The position numbers and the translations under genes were made by a program. DNA of 64,000 bases from an uncultured Phycisphaerales bacterium. Lineage in GTDB: Bacteria > Planctomycetota > Phycisphaerae > Sedimentisphaerales > Anaerobacaceae. The notes beneath the pieces were generated by a model. It ran no database searches and was not told the origin of the DNA. It saw nothing but the letters and a program-made list of their open reading frames with translations. Below, piece after piece: positions 1 to 11,879 of this stretch (position 1 is its first letter; every line of letters begins with the position of its first letter). The stretch covers positions 480,001-544,000 of the forward strand of contig CAVYYI010000003.1 of assembly GCA_963772725.1 (NCBI GenBank), given 5' to 3'.

Positions 1-207
1 GTTGTCTTTTCTGTCCGTTTTGCAGCCTAACGAATTGAGCAGCTCGCATAACACGGAGATGTCCGAGAGATTGGGAATACTTTTGAGAATCGATTGGCCG
101 GGGGCTAAAATTGCCGCGGCCATTATCGGCAGGGACGCATTTTTAGAACCGTTTACAGAAACACTCCCGGAAAGTCTGACCGGGCCTTCAATCTTAAATA
201 TGTCCAT
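1..207 (-). CDS. murA: UDP-N-acetylglucosamine 1-carboxyvinyltransferase, 5' part (runs off window start)
   Basis: Not in ORF track. Reverse strand from ATG at 207 reads MDIFKIEGPVRLSGSVSVNGSKNASLPIMAAAILAPGQSILKSIPNLSDI, the MurA N-terminus (GSKNA.LP motif). Confidence 0.93.
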   Translation of the reverse strand, partial: MDIFKIEGPVRLSGSVSVNGSKNASLPIMAAAILAPGQSILKSIPNLSDISVLCELLNSLGCKTDRKDN

Positions 208-282
208 ATTCTATTTTCCTTTAAAGTCTTGTGCTAATATAATACAAGGCTGTTTTAGTTGCAAGGCGAAGAAAGTATAAAA

Positions 283-1131
283 ATGAATATTGCGGAAATA
301 ATCGAAGAATTATCGAATACGGTCAGCATAGCGGATATCGCGATTCTGCTGCCGGGGATAATACTGCTTATTACATGGCTGATGGTAACGTCTTTCGGCA
401 CAAAAGCTCTTGTGGATTCGGCGCCGCGAAGAAATAATATGCCGCTTTATATGCCCTTTGTGCCGTTTTTTGTTGCATTTTTGATTACTCCTTCGGCTGC
501 AGTCATTCTTAAGGAAATGCTGCCCAATTTGAATAAGGGGCAGGAAGCAGCGTTGCTGAATCTTGTTGCCTGCATTGGTTCGGCCGCTGCGATAATCATA
601 GCACTTTTGATAGCAAAAAAATATTTCGTGCGCGGGCCGGTCGGTTTGGGCTTGAGATTAAAAACAATCGCAAAAGATTTCCCGATGGCAATTGTAAATC
701 TGGTTACGGTTATGCCGGCAGTTTTAATTGCGCTGGGATTGACAATTTTGTTCGGAAAACTTATCTATGGTCAGGATTTTAAAATTGAGGAACATGCTGA
801 ACTCGAACTTTTAACAAAATACCCTGAGCTGTATATTCGCGTCATAATCGTCGTAACAACTGTGGTTGCGGCTCCCATATTTGAAGAAATGGTGTTTCGG
901 GGTTTGTTTCAAACGATGATAAGATCGGTTCTTGTCAAACCCTGGCGGTCGATTTTTGTAACGTCATTACTGTTCGCAATAGTTCACGCCAATCCGGAGC
1001 ATTGGCCGGCGTTGTTTGGCCTGTCATGCTGTATCGGCTATTCTTATGAAAAAAGCGGGTCTCTCTTTCGCCCCATCTTTGTCCATGCGTTGTTCAACGC
1101 GACAAGTATAGTTACAGTGCTGAACCAATGA
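283..1131 (+). CDS. CPBP/CAAX (Abi) family intramembrane glutamic endopeptidase
   Basis: Multi-TM protein with APIFEEMVFRG, FAIVH and VHALFN motifs. ATG 283 chosen. Confidence 0.88.
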   Translation: MNIAEIIEELSNTVSIADIAILLPGIILLITWLMVTSFGTKALVDSAPRRNNMPLYMPFVPFFVAFLITPSAAVILKEMLPNLNKGQEAALLNLVACIGSAAAIIIALLIAKKYFVRGPVGLGLRLKTIAKDFPMAIVNLVTVMPAVLIALGLTILFGKLIYGQDFKIEEHAELELLTKYPELYIRVIIVVTTVVAAPIFEEMVFRGLFQTMIRSVLVKPWRSIFVTSLLFAIVHANPEHWPALFGLSCCIGYSYEKSGSLFRPIFVHALFNATSIVTVLNQ

Positions 1132-1285
1132 TTTACTTAGCAGCATAAAATTCAGGAGCTTTTAGATTAATTGTGTTTTCTTGTATTCATTCATGACAAA
1201 AATACTCTATACTCTCTGACCCTACCCCCAGCGATGCCGAAAGGAGTTCTGCGGCGGAATTTAAGCAGATTAATACCGCTGCTTC

Positions 1286-1693
1286 CTACGGAGCGATAAC
1301 CTTCACGATAAATTCCGACGAAGTCGGTTCACCGGCTTTCGGTGTGCCCGATACCACGACCCGGTAATCACCAAGGGCCGCGTCATTATCCGCCGTAATT
1401 CTGAGTTGTACGGTGGGCAGGTCGCTGGCCTTTACCATCGTATCAGTCGGGTCAACACTCAGACCTGTGGAAGTCTTCATTTGGAGTTTCACGTCCTGCT
1501 TGAAATATTTGCCCCTTTTCAGCGAGATGGTAAAATTTCTGACCTCACCCTGTTTGACTTTCGTGGGCCACATTGGGACTGCAATCTTGAACCCGTCATC
1601 CTTTGACATACCGCCGCCCCTGGGTCCGCTCGATTGACAGCCTGTTAATACCGCCGCCGCCAACATTGTTGCAATCGCGATTGAAATTTTCAT
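1286..1693 (-). CDS. Small lipoprotein, probable Ig-like beta-sandwich
   Basis: Signal peptide with lipobox LTGC; beta-rich mature part. Confidence 0.7.
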   Translation of the reverse strand: MKISIAIATMLAAAVLTGCQSSGPRGGGMSKDDGFKIAVPMWPTKVKQGEVRNFTISLKRGKYFKQDVKLQMKTSTGLSVDPTDTMVKASDLPTVQLRITADNDAALGDYRVVVSGTPKAGEPTSSEFIVKVIAP

Positions 1694-1941
1694 ATTTTAC
1701 CCTTTCTAAAAGTTGAAATATATTTCACAATCAGGCCTTTGTACCTTGTTTAAATTAACCCGCCCATAATATCCCGGCTTTTTCGCCGCACCTTTTGTTC
1801 TTATTCTATAACCAATGAGAAATAGCACAATCAGGAGAAACCCTATTTCCTGCTTCAGGAAACCCCAGATTTTTTCGGTAAACCTCAACTATTTTAACAT
1901 TGAGCGAATGATAAGCGTTGTCGGCGTTTCAGGTATCGGGG

Positions 1942-3314
1942 TTAGTCTCTAATCCCCCGCACCAGTTCGGCAAAGTCATTGCCGCGCTGCTCGAAGTTGA
2001 TAAACATATCGTAACTTGCGCATGCGGGGCTTAAAAGAACGACATCGCCTTTAGTGGCGCAACTGGCAGCGGTTTCGACGGCTTTTGCCAGCGAATCTAC
2101 GATTTGGACTTTGGTATTGTTTCGAGGATATTTCGATATGGCCTGTGCGATTTTGGGGGCGGTTTGGCCTATGAGAATGACGGCCTTTGTGTTTTGCGCA
2201 ATTTTTTCACCCAGTTCGTCGAAGGGAATGTGCTTATCATATCCACCGGCGATAATTATTTTGGGTGAGTCGAATGAATCCAGCGCAACCATTGCGCTTA
2301 AAGGAGTGGTTGCCTTTGAATCGTTGTACCAGCTGGCGCCTTTCCGCTGGGCTATGAATTCAAGGCGGTGAGGCAGTGATTTGAATTTCGGCAGACTTTG
2401 TTTTATCTGCTCATCTTTCAGGCCGAAATGTTTGGCGATAATCATCGCGCCGGCAAGATTCGAGAGGTATGCTCTGCCGGGGAGATTGAAGCATTGCCTG
2501 ATTTCACTGCCGACATCATCGGGGGAAAATTTGACGCATATTCTACCGGAGTCTTTATTGTATTTTTCAAACCATCGAAGCCCAACCTCATCGTCAGCGT
2601 TGAATATCGAAAGCGCCGGCGATGTTTTGTCGGTCTTTTGATATTTGAAGATATTTTCCTTTGCCAAGCAGTAACTTTCAAATGTGCCATGGCGGTCGAG
2701 GTGGTTAGGTGTTAAATTCGTAAGAAGCGCAACATGCGGCGCCTTTTTAATCTGAGCAAACTGCTCAATCTGAAAACTCGACAGCTCCAGCACAACAATA
2801 TCATTGGGCCTGATTTTATCGGCTATGGCCAATAAAGGCTCATCCCCGATATTACCGCTCATCCAGACATTTGAATATCGGCAGTCTTTTTGCTCAAGCC
2901 CCGCCCTGAGCAGATGCGCCGTTAGTGCCGTCGTCGTGCTTTTGCCGTTACTGCCTGTTATCCCCACAACTGTTGCCGGACACAACTCGAGGAAAATATT
3001 TATCTGCGACGTGATGAACTTATTATGCTCCTGCGCGATTTTAAGGAACTTATTATCAGGCGGAACCGCGGGATTGGCTATTACAATATCCGCCCCCTCA
3101 AAATCGCTTATCTCGTGGGAACCAAGATGAAACTCCACTCCAGCCAGATTTTTTAATTCTTCGAGCGAATCGCTTAATTTCTCCGCGGGCGCAAATCAGT
3201 AACAACAACCCTGGCACCTGCTTTATTGAGAAATTTAACAACATCGACACCGCCGCCAAAACGTCCCAGCCCCATCACCAAAACTTTTTTGCCGGCGAAA
3301 AATCCCTTGTCCAT
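1942..3314 (-). CDS. murD: UDP-N-acetylmuramoyl-L-alanine:D-glutamate ligase (frame change near 3190, probable sequencing indel)
   Basis: N-terminus [22 protein letters not shown] from ATG 3314 lies in another frame. Main ORF has [30 protein letters not shown] and [10 protein letters not shown]. Confidence 0.95.
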
Positions 3315-3319
3315 AATAT

Positions 3320-4270
3320 TTACAGAAGGCTCTGCATTCCGTTAGACAAATCAACCTTTGCGTCGATAACCGCCTGCTCGATACATCTCTTCCAGTCGTT
3401 GCCGAACTGCTCTTTATATTGCGGTTTTTCGTAAGCGTAAATAATTGAACGCGATGCGTTAATCAAGGCACCTGTTCCGTCCGGCTTACAGAACCGCACA
3501 CAGTCCGCCGCCGTTGCTCCCTGAGAACCGTAGCCCGGCACGAGGAACCATATCTTGTCGTATTTTTTCCGAAGCGCACTGGCCGCTGCCGGCGATGTCC
3601 CGCCGACTATCATTCCGATATTACTGTAACCATGCTGCCCGATATGCTCCGGCTTGATTGCAATCTCGTTCACAACTTCTGCCATCTTCTCGTAAAACTT
3701 TTGTCCATCGGCATCCGCGAAATCCTGAATCGCCGCCGCTGATGGATTGCTCGAACGAACCCAGACAAAAACGCCTTTACCCTGGTCATCGGCGACCTTT
3801 GCGAAAGGCTCTATCCCGTCTGCTCCGGCAAAACCGTTTATTGTAATCGCATCAGGATTTATCGTATCTTCAAGCCCAACCAGCTCAGAATTCTCCAGGT
3901 GCGCTGAGGCGTACATATCAGCAGTATGGCCGATGTCACCGCGTTTCACGTCCCCGATTATTTCCAGCCCCAGGTTGTCCGCCTCGGAAATCAGCGAATA
4001 ATACGACTCAACACCTTCCCAGAAATATTTTTCAAAGTACGCGATATTGACTTTTACCGCGGGCACTAATGGCGCGATAATCCGCATCGTCTGTGTGCAG
4101 AAATCGAAAATAGCGTCAACCGCCGCCGCCGCGTCAAACTCGTCATTCATAGCACGGTGGCTCTTAATCGCCTCAGGCAGTCGGTTGTACACAGGGTCTA
4201 GTCCGACTGTAAGCGTTGTTTTCTTCTTCTTTACGGCATCAAATAACCGGTCAGCAAAATGGCTCGCCAT
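3320..4270 (-). CDS. pyrF: Orotidine-5'-phosphate decarboxylase
   Basis: [30 protein letters not shown] and NASRSI motifs. Start at MASHF (4270). Confidence 0.95.
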   Translation of the reverse strand: MASHFADRLFDAVKKKKTTLTVGLDPVYNRLPEAIKSHRAMNDEFDAAAAVDAIFDFCTQTMRIIAPLVPAVKVNIAYFEKYFWEGVESYYSLISEADNLGLEIIGDVKRGDIGHTADMYASAHLENSELVGLEDTINPDAITINGFAGADGIEPFAKVADDQGKGVFVWVRSSNPSAAAIQDFADADGQKFYEKMAEVVNEIAIKPEHIGQHGYSNIGMIVGGTSPAAASALRKKYDKIWFLVPGYGSQGATAADCVRFCKPDGTGALINASRSIIYAYEKPQYKEQFGNDWKRCIEQAVIDAKVDLSNGMQSLL

Positions 4271-4379
4271 TCTATAATTCCTTTCCAAATATTCAAAGCA
4301 GCCCTTAAAAGTCTTTTCTAAAAATAGTTTTATTACTATAATCTTAAAGACGCTTTTAAGCAAGACAGAAATTTAATAT

Positions 4380-5072
4380 ATGGATACGGTTTTGGAAAAA
4401 CAGAAAAAATCAAAATTCAAAAGGATTTTACGCTACCTGATTATAGACGCGATTATCTTCGCGTTTTTTCTCTGGCTGCTGCTGGCTAAGCCTGCAGGGT
4501 TCCATCAGGGTAAACCGGCAGTGAATAAAAACGTCAGTTCTTATCTGACCAATGTAATACTCCCGCAGATTTATAACGGCGCTCAATTGCAGGAGCCTTT
4601 TGATGTTATTGTAACTGAGGAGGGGATAAATGATATTATCGCCCATTCCCGCTGGCCTAAACATTCCGGTCAAGCTTCTTTTCTTATGCCGAGCGTTACA
4701 CTGCTTCCCGATGGCGCGGAAATTATGGGCGTGGCCTCCATAAAAGGGGCAGAGATCGTTGTTACAATTGCCGCGGTTCCGGTTGTGGATTCCAACGGGC
4801 TGCTCAATCTCCAGATAAGCAAAATGAAGGTTGGCAATATGAATGTAACACTAATCGCGAAAATGCTCGCTTCGAAAATGTACCACGATAGGCTTAGTGA
4901 AGTTGAAATAAATCCCTCAGATATCGGCGCAGATTCGCAGCCTCTCTCTTCGACGATAAACCTTTTAAGCCCGTCTTTGATATTGCCAACAGGAAAATTC
5001 AGCTTAAAAAAATCGTCCTCGCACAGGAAAAAGTTACCCTCTCGTTTGCTCCGCCCGGTTAAAAATAATTAA
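4380..5072 (+). CDS. Hypothetical protein with N-terminal membrane anchor (C-terminus possibly frameshifted)
   Basis: One TM segment after a basic N-terminus. The last ~45 aa look out of frame. Confidence 0.6.
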   Translation: MDTVLEKQKKSKFKRILRYLIIDAIIFAFFLWLLLAKPAGFHQGKPAVNKNVSSYLTNVILPQIYNGAQLQEPFDVIVTEEGINDIIAHSRWPKHSGQASFLMPSVTLLPDGAEIMGVASIKGAEIVVTIAAVPVVDSNGLLNLQISKMKVGNMNVTLIAKMLASKMYHDRLSEVEINPSDIGADSQPLSSTINLLSPSLILPTGKFSLKKSSSHRKKLPSRLLRPVKNN

Positions 5073-5116
5073 CATTTTCTAAAGTTGTGATAATAGATTT
5101 TTTGAAGGAGAATAAC

Positions 5117-7418
5117 GTGATTAAACAGACAAGCTTTGTTTTGGCAGTTGTATTTGCTCTTGCAGTTTTGGTTTTTCCAACGCAGGCGGGGGTTCAGGTT
5201 GAAAATGACCGGTACATTATCAATATCGAGACCGCTGATTCCAGTTTCTCCATTGCGGCCAAGCCTTCGGGAAAGAAGTTTCTGGTAAATGGGAAATTGA
5301 GCGGGACGGGCGGGACGGCGAAAGCTGTAAAGTTGACTGACAAGACTTTTGGTTCGGGCAAAGGTATTGAGATTGTTTATCCGGACGGCAATCGTGAGTC
5401 GGCGGCATTGTATCCGGGATTGCCCTTTGTGATGTTCCGTTCGACATTTCATAACAGCGGCAATGAGCCGATAGTTTTGAATCGCATTCCTTTGGTTTCT
5501 GCGGGCGTTGATATTGGCAAAGCTGTAGCTGATATCAAGACACTTGGAACCGGCGGATTGCTGGAGGCCTCGAAAAATCAGGGCAGTTACGCATTTCTGG
5601 CGGTGGCTGACCCGGTTAGCAGGAGCGGTGTTGTTTGCGGATGGCTGACGCATGACCGGGGAAGCGGGGTGGTTTTCTCGCCTGTTGAGGATAATGCTGT
5701 ACGCATAAAGGCGCAGATGGAATATGGACGGCTTCTCATTAAACCCGGTAAGGATGCCGTGGGTGAAGCGTTTATCATAGGTTATTTTGAGGATGCGCGT
5801 TTTGGGCTGGAAGATTATGCCGATGCAATCGCGAAATTTTATAAAGTCAAGCTGCCGCCGCATCATCCGGGGTTGTGCACGTGGTATATGGAAAAGAACA
5901 ACAAAGCATGTGACGAGAAAAATATTCTGGAACTTTCGAAATACGCGGCAAAAAATCTCAAGCCCTTTGGATTTGATTTCATTCAGATTGATGACTGGTG
6001 GCAGGACGGAACCAAAGGAAACGGGCCGGCGAAGAATTTCACGACGCATCGCGCGGATGGGCCTTATCCTTCGGGGATGAAGGCTACGGCAGAAAATATA
6101 AAGAAAGTTGGTTTGACGCCGGGTATATGGTTTATGCCGTTTGCTGGCACCTATAATGACCCGTTTTTCAAGGATCATCAGGAATGGTTCGCCAAAGGAC
6201 CTGATGGGAAGCCTTACGATGTTAAGTGGGGCGGGACATGCCTTGATATGACGCAGCCGGGGGCTCGTGAGTATTTGCGGAATTTAGTCAAAACTATTGC
6301 CAAAAAATGGGGTTACAAGGTTTTCAAGCTGGATGGTTTCTGGACCGGTTCGGCGACGAGGCAGACTTATGTGAACAATGGCTATAAAGAAGACAACCTC
6401 GGTGAGTCTGTATTGTTTAATCCTGACAAGACCAATATTGAAGCGTTGCGGGACGGGACGAAGCTGATTCGCGAGGCGGCGGGGCATGATGTGTTTTTGC
6501 TTGGGTGCTGCGTTTCACAGAATATGCGTTCTTTCGGCGGCTCGTTTGGATTGCTCGATGCGATGCGCGTGGGGCCTGATACAGGCGCGGGACAAATCGG
6601 CTCTATGCACGCTTCTCGATTGTGGTTTTTGAACGGGCGGGTATGGTGGAATGACCCGGACTGTGTCTCTGTACGCGCTAAAGTATCGCTGGAGCAGGCG
6701 AGGCTGAATGCTTCTTTTACAACGATTGCGGGCGATTTGTTTTATAACAGCGATTGGATGCCTGATTTTCCGGCGGAAAGGCTGGATATTTTGCGAAGAT
6801 GTATCCCTACACATTACAGTGTGTCCCGGCCGGTAGATGTTTTTGAGAATCAGCCTGCGCAAAATTTGGCATCTGGCTGATACGAAAGGTGCGGTACGCA
6901 GGGATGTTGTCGCTTTGTATAATTGGGGAAAGAAACCGGTTTCAATTACCTGTCCGGTTGGGCGGATAGGTCTGCCTGCCGCGAAGGAGTATGTTGGTTT
7001 TGATTTCTGGTCAAATAAGTTTATTGCGCCGTTTAAGGATTCCGTAACAGCAGAGTTGGTGGAGGGTTCTTGCCGGATTCTGGCTATCAGGCCTGTTTCG
7101 GAGAATCCGCAATTGCTGAGTACATCGCGCCATATAACACAGGGAATTGTCGATGTCGCCGATGAGAAGTGGGATGCTGGTAAGGGGACGCTGTCGGCGG
7201 TAAGTAAAGTGGTTGCGGAAGATTCGTATGAACTTAGAATCGTTGTTCCGGCGGGGGAGAAGTCGTGGCGTATTACGGGGATAAGCGTGTCGTCGAAAGA
7301 TAAGGCCGCGGGAGTCAAGACGGAATTTAAACAGGATGGCAAGAATATCCGTGTCACAATTACTAGTCCTGTCAGTCGGGAAGTAAAGTGGACTGTGCAG
7401 TTTGAAAAGCTGTCGTGA
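5117..7418 (+). CDS. Secreted alpha-galactosidase-like glycoside hydrolase (GH36/clan D), frame change near 6860
   Basis: AGGAG RBS before GTG 5117; signal peptide; IQIDDWW, GLTPGIWFMPF, FKLDG, MRVGPD and WNDPD motifs. ORFs 5087-6880 and 6837-7418 join. Confidence 0.85.
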
Positions 7419-7421
7419 TTT

Positions 7422-8105
7422 TTACATTTCGGGGACGGCTTCGGGATAAACCTGGCCTGTCGCGGTTATACGGAAGATATAGATGAGGCCTTTTCGCAGG
7501 CGTGAATAGACGACGTTGCCGTAAATAGCTTTTATGTCGTAATCCCTGAGTTTTTCGGGGTCGTCGGCAAGGTCCCAGATATTCGACCAGAACATATTGC
7601 GTTCTTTTATCGGCAGCTCTTCGAGCAGTTCCTTATATCGCTGCGGCTCTGCGCCAGCCTCCTCAATTGGAAAACCCTTGGAAGGCGCCATATTCTCGCC
7701 GTAAACCCGCCGCCAAAGATAAAGAGCTTTTTCTTTGCCGTCCATCACCATTTTGTCGCCGAATTTGACTATCAGGGCATCAAAATGAACGGTGTTGCCT
7801 TCGATGGTGTATTCCTTTTCGAGGATTTTTTTCAGCTTGTCATCCCGGGCGGTTTCGACAAATTTGATGGTTGTAAACAGTTGGCCGTTTTTGGTTTCCT
7901 GCGAAACGACCTTTGCGTAGCCTATCTGGTCTTCCTGCGTCAGGTTGGTTATCGCCTGCTTTAGCTGTTTATTTTCCGCCAGGAGCTGATGAATGCTCAT
8001 CGCCCCATAATAAAAGGCTTTGCCTATCACAAAAACGACTATGATTATCGCAAAGCTAACGACATAACCAAAAACCTTGCTTATTTTTAATGTCATAATT
8101 TCCAA
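7422..8105 (-). CDS. Hypothetical membrane-anchored protein with short coiled coil
   Basis: N-terminal TM, then QLLAENKQLKQAITNL heptads; 227-aa ORF. Confidence 0.7.
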   Translation of the reverse strand: MEIMTLKISKVFGYVVSFAIIIVVFVIGKAFYYGAMSIHQLLAENKQLKQAITNLTQEDQIGYAKVVSQETKNGQLFTTIKFVETARDDKLKKILEKEYTIEGNTVHFDALIVKFGDKMVMDGKEKALYLWRRVYGENMAPSKGFPIEEAGAEPQRYKELLEELPIKERNMFWSNIWDLADDPEKLRDYDIKAIYGNVVYSRLRKGLIYIFRITATGQVYPEAVPEM

Positions 8106-8347
8106 TCTTTTTTACTTTCAGGCTTCTTCACCTGTTTTTATATCGGCCAAGGCCAAATTATTCCACAATATATTAAGGATACCGCAAAAGTTTCCCTTTT
8201 TTAATATTTCTTTTCCCGCTTAATCCTGACTATTGCAATTCCGTGAAAAGTTAATATGATATTGAATCAGAAAGGAGTTAATGCGGTTCGGGAAAAATTC
8301 AAAAATCAAAGTTTACAATGCAAAATTGAGGTAAGGAGACATAAATT

Positions 8348-9158
8348 ATGCTGAAATGGTTTAAGCAGTTGGACAATATATTGCGGGGAGAAGCTACCCA
8401 GTTGACGGCGCTTCAGCAGGGCAGGATAGAAATTCCAATAGGGGGACTTTCTGTTGTTCTGATATTTCTCGGGGTGTTATACGGGCTGTGCATGGGGTCT
8501 TATGCGATGATACAAAGCGACGGTCATGCTTATATGCAGCTGATAGCCAGCACAGTTAAATTTCCGCTGCTGTTTTTTCTTACGCTGGTAGTAACATTTC
8601 CTTCTTTGTATGTCTTCAATGCCCTGAGGGGCTCACGGCTGTCGGTCCTGTCAACGCTGCGGCTGCTTGTCGCTTCATTGGGTGTAATGCTGGCTGTGGT
8701 CGCATCGCTTGGGCCTATTGTCGTGTTTTTTGCCCTGAGTACCACAAGCTATCCTTTCATGGTGCTATTGAATGTCGCGACCTGCACGGTTTCGGGTATG
8801 CTCGGACTGACGTTCCTGCTGAGGACTTTGCACAGACTCGTTATCATACAGGAAGATTTGGAGGAAAAACTCTCAACGCCGTCAATTGAACCTCCTAAAG
8901 AAACTCCAGTCGCTGAAGAAACAAAGCATCCAAGTATAAAACTTACCCCGCTCGAACGGGTATGGTAAATCCACCAGCAGGAAAGCGAAAAGCGTCTTCA
9001 GGACGTGGATGATGGTTTTTGCCCTGGTTGGGGCTCAAATGAGCTGGGTATTGCGTCCGTTCGTTGGCTCTCCGACGATGCCGTTCGAATGGTTCCGGAG
9101 CCAGGAAAGCAACTTCTTCGTTGCGGTTGCCAAAACCTTAGTCGCACTTTTTCGATAA
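8348..9158 (+). CDS. Multi-pass membrane protein, paralogue of next gene (frame change near 8960)
   Basis: AGGAG RBS; several TMs. The continuation frame reads FALVGAQMSWVLRPFVGSP to TAA 9158. Confidence 0.75.
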
Positions 9159-9190
9159 GCGGCGACATTTTTTAATTGCGGTTTTTAAGA

Positions 9191-9865
9191 ATGAAAATAC
9201 TTTTTCTTAAAGCGGATGACATTTTACGCGGCGGGCAATGGTCAGTCAGCAGCGGCGATACCGTCAGGAAATTACTTCATCTCGGTTTGATTCTTGCTAT
9301 GTTTGGTATTTTTTATGGCGCGGTAATGGGCAGTTACGGCGGTGTTTTAGGAGAGCGGGTTTGGCAGCTTGTTATTTCCGGTGTGAAAGTCCCGCTTTTG
9401 CTTTTGGCGACGTTCGCGCTCAGCCTGCCGAGTTTCTTCGTCATAAATACGCTGTTCGGCCTGCGCTCGGACTTTGCTTATGTTGTCAGGGCTTTGGTCG
9501 CAACTCAGGCGGGGCTTACGATAATACTGGCATCCTTTGCGCCTTTTACATTATTGTGGTATGTTTCTTTTTCAAATTACCGAGGCGCGATTCTGTTTAA
9601 CGCGTTGATGTTCGGGGTCGCCAGTGTTGTCTCGCAGGTCATTTTACGCAGGTTGTATCAGCCTCTTATTGAACGGAACAGGCGACATCTTATATCTTTA
9701 AGAGCGTGGCTGGTAATCTATGCTTTCATCGGAATCCAGATGGGCTGGGTATTAAGACCGTTTATCGGCTCCCCGAACATGCCGCCTCAATTTTTTAGAG
9801 AAGGCGCCTGGGGAAATGCCTATGTTACTCTCGCGAATATTATCCTCAATTTAATCAGGGGCTGA
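9191..9865 (+). CDS. Multi-pass membrane protein
   Basis: About 5 TMs. Shares D.ILRG, VK.PLL and G.QM.WVLRPF.GSP with the upstream gene. Confidence 0.78.
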   Translation: MKILFLKADDILRGGQWSVSSGDTVRKLLHLGLILAMFGIFYGAVMGSYGGVLGERVWQLVISGVKVPLLLLATFALSLPSFFVINTLFGLRSDFAYVVRALVATQAGLTIILASFAPFTLLWYVSFSNYRGAILFNALMFGVASVVSQVILRRLYQPLIERNRRHLISLRAWLVIYAFIGIQMGWVLRPFIGSPNMPPQFFREGAWGNAYVTLANIILNLIRG

Positions 9866-9942
9866 AAATCCGGTATCATCCTGCTGCATCGATAATATAT
9901 CCAAAATTAAAATTATTGGTGTCTGAAAATACCTGTGGTTTT

Positions 9943-10737
9943 TTAAAACCGTTTTAGCAGGTTAATTCCTATTGTCGGGCCGCTGTTGCTCATTGTGTAG
10001 GGCAGCACCCTAAAACCCGCGATTTCCATATTTTTGTGCTTGCCCGCGACCGTATGGCCCACGACCCAGCCCAGAGTCGCGCCGAACACAACATCGCTTC
10101 CCCAGTGGTCGCCTGTATCCATCATTCGCCACGCGACTACCGATGCCGCCGCATAAGCGGGAATACCAACCTTATGGCCGTAAAACTCATCAAGTACAGA
10201 AGCCACCGTAAAGGAACTGGCGGTATGTCCGCTCGGCCATGCAAGTTCCGAGCCGTTGGGGCTATCGTTGTTTCTTGCTACTTTTAAAGCCACAGTTGTC
10301 GCGCCGGTAATGGAAAGCGCCTCGAACATAGTCCATGCGCGGCTTTTGTTAAATTCATCCTGATTGCTGCAGCTTGCGGCGTACCAAACACCCGTGGCAG
10401 CAAAATGGAAAGCCGGCCCGCCTATTATTTTCAGGCTCTCATCACTAAATCCATGAAAAGTGTTATGTCTCTCAAAATTTTCGGCGATTTTGTCGTCGGC
10501 ACCGTCATTATGCATTGCCGCACTGACACCGCCTGCTATTAAAAGAGCGGTTATATTATCGTATCTTAAAAATGTTGCCTTTGAACCGTCGAAAAAATCT
10601 TTGGGAAAGTGATGGAAGTCTGCCTTAGCGGATTCAATGAAATCTTTATTAATCGCGGGTTCATCGGCTGCGGACGCACAAAAACAGGCTAAAGCTGTAA
10701 CAATAACGCCAACCAAATAGTTATTGCGATAAAACAT
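9943..10737 (-). CDS. PAP2 superfamily phosphatase, exported
   Basis: Signal peptide; PSGH and R...DHWGSDV motifs. Confidence 0.85.
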   Translation of the reverse strand: MFYRNNYLVGVIVTALACFCASAADEPAINKDFIESAKADFHHFPKDFFDGSKATFLRYDNITALLIAGGVSAAMHNDGADDKIAENFERHNTFHGFSDESLKIIGGPAFHFAATGVWYAASCSNQDEFNKSRAWTMFEALSITGATTVALKVARNNDSPNGSELAWPSGHTASSFTVASVLDEFYGHKVGIPAYAAASVVAWRMMDTGDHWGSDVVFGATLGWVVGHTVAGKHKNMEIAGFRVLPYTMSNSGPTIGINLLKRF

Positions 10738-10780
10738 AACGATGACTTTCGCTTATGTACAAGAACCACGATAGTTGTTT

Positions 10781-11509
10781 TCAAGCGTCCTGGCCGGAAA
10801 ATATCGCTGAGCCAATGCGAAGAATGGTGGCGCCCTCTTCAACGGCAATTTCATAGTCCGAGCTCATCCCCATACTTAGTTCGGTAAACTGAGGCCCGAC
10901 TATTTTTTCGCCTCGCATTTCGACAAATAATTCCCTCGCGCGGGAAAAGCACGAGCGAATCTTGTCTTTATCTCGAGTCAGCGGTGCCATAGTCATCAGG
11001 CCTGCAAGTTTGAGATTGGGCAAAGATTCAATCTGTTCGGCCAGATGAATCGCTGCGCCGACGGGAATGCCGAATTTTTGCGGTTCCTCGGAGGTGTTTA
11101 TCTGAAGCAGCACTCGCGGACGCAAATTCAACACTGCCGCGTCAGCACTTATTTCCTCGGCAAGGCGAAGTGTGTCAACAGAATGTATAAGACAAGTAAT
11201 ACCAAGGACTTGCTGAACTTTGTTACGCTGGAGATGGCCTATCATGTGCCAGTTGATTTTGGCCGGTAGTTTCGCGTCAGCGCTGGAGCTTAGAAATTCG
11301 GAAATCTGGACGTCAACCTTCTTTAACTGCTGCGCCCTGTTTTCTCCCAGGTCATTAATTCCCAGGGAAATAACTTCTTTGATACTTTCAAAATCGGCTG
11401 ATTTGGTTACAACCACGACTTTGACCTCGCTTGGGTGTCGCGAGGCTCTGGTGCAAGCGGAGTCGATGTTGTCTTTTATTCGCCTAATTCTTTCAGAAAT
11501 CTTTGTCAT
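10781..11509 (-). CDS. yggS: PLP homeostasis protein YggS
   Basis: VVVTK, GENR, WHMIGHLQRNK and LSMGMSSDYEIAVEEGATILRIGS motifs. Confidence 0.95.
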   Translation of the reverse strand: MTKISERIRRIKDNIDSACTRASRHPSEVKVVVVTKSADFESIKEVISLGINDLGENRAQQLKKVDVQISEFLSSSADAKLPAKINWHMIGHLQRNKVQQVLGITCLIHSVDTLRLAEEISADAAVLNLRPRVLLQINTSEEPQKFGIPVGAAIHLAEQIESLPNLKLAGLMTMAPLTRDKDKIRSCFSRARELFVEMRGEKIVGPQFTELSMGMSSDYEIAVEEGATILRIGSAIFSGQDA

Positions 11510-11702
11510 AGACAATCGCTGAAAACCTTAAACATAGTAATCAAAACAGGTGAACGGCTTAAAGATATTTTCAACAGTCTGAACTTATAACCTTTTTTGC
11601 CGCTGACAACAAGATTAAGTCCGAAATTTTATTGAAATTTAGTTCGCAGCTCGTGGCTCGGCGCTAGTCGCCGGCACAGATTTGCGCTTAACAACTTACA
11701 AA

Positions 11703-11879
11703 CCTGAACTTTGGATAAGAAACGATGTTTTTGGCCAAATATCAAGGTTTTTCAACTTTATTATCACTAACTTTGGTTCAAAATAGCTGATTTTTGAATA
11801 AAACCGAAGTTTTTTACTTTGTTGCTGCACTTGATGCTTATTTTCAATCGAATAAACAAGGGCTTATCCAAAGTTCAGG
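11703..11879. mobile_element. MITE (non-autonomous IS derivative), 177 bp
   Basis: Perfect 17-bp TIRs CCTGAACTTTGGATAAG (11703-11719) and CTTATCCAAAGTTCAGG (11863-11879). Direct repeat TTACAAA at 11696-11702 and 11880-11886. Confidence 0.85.

Noticed and set aside
2..280. Plus-strand 92-aa ORF
   Set aside because: Antisense shadow of murA.
283..1131. Abi phage-defence gene
   Set aside because: CPBP/CAAX proteases are common membrane peptidases and there is no defence context here.
1706..1888. 60-aa minus-strand ORF with one hydrophobic stretch
   Set aside because: Non-ATG start, no clear RBS and no motif; cannot be supported.
5069..7357. Long minus-strand ORFs (369 aa, 280 aa)
   Set aside because: They overlap the motif-supported GH36 gene on the opposite strand and have no recognisable features. 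The same applies to most short overlapping ORFs in the track.
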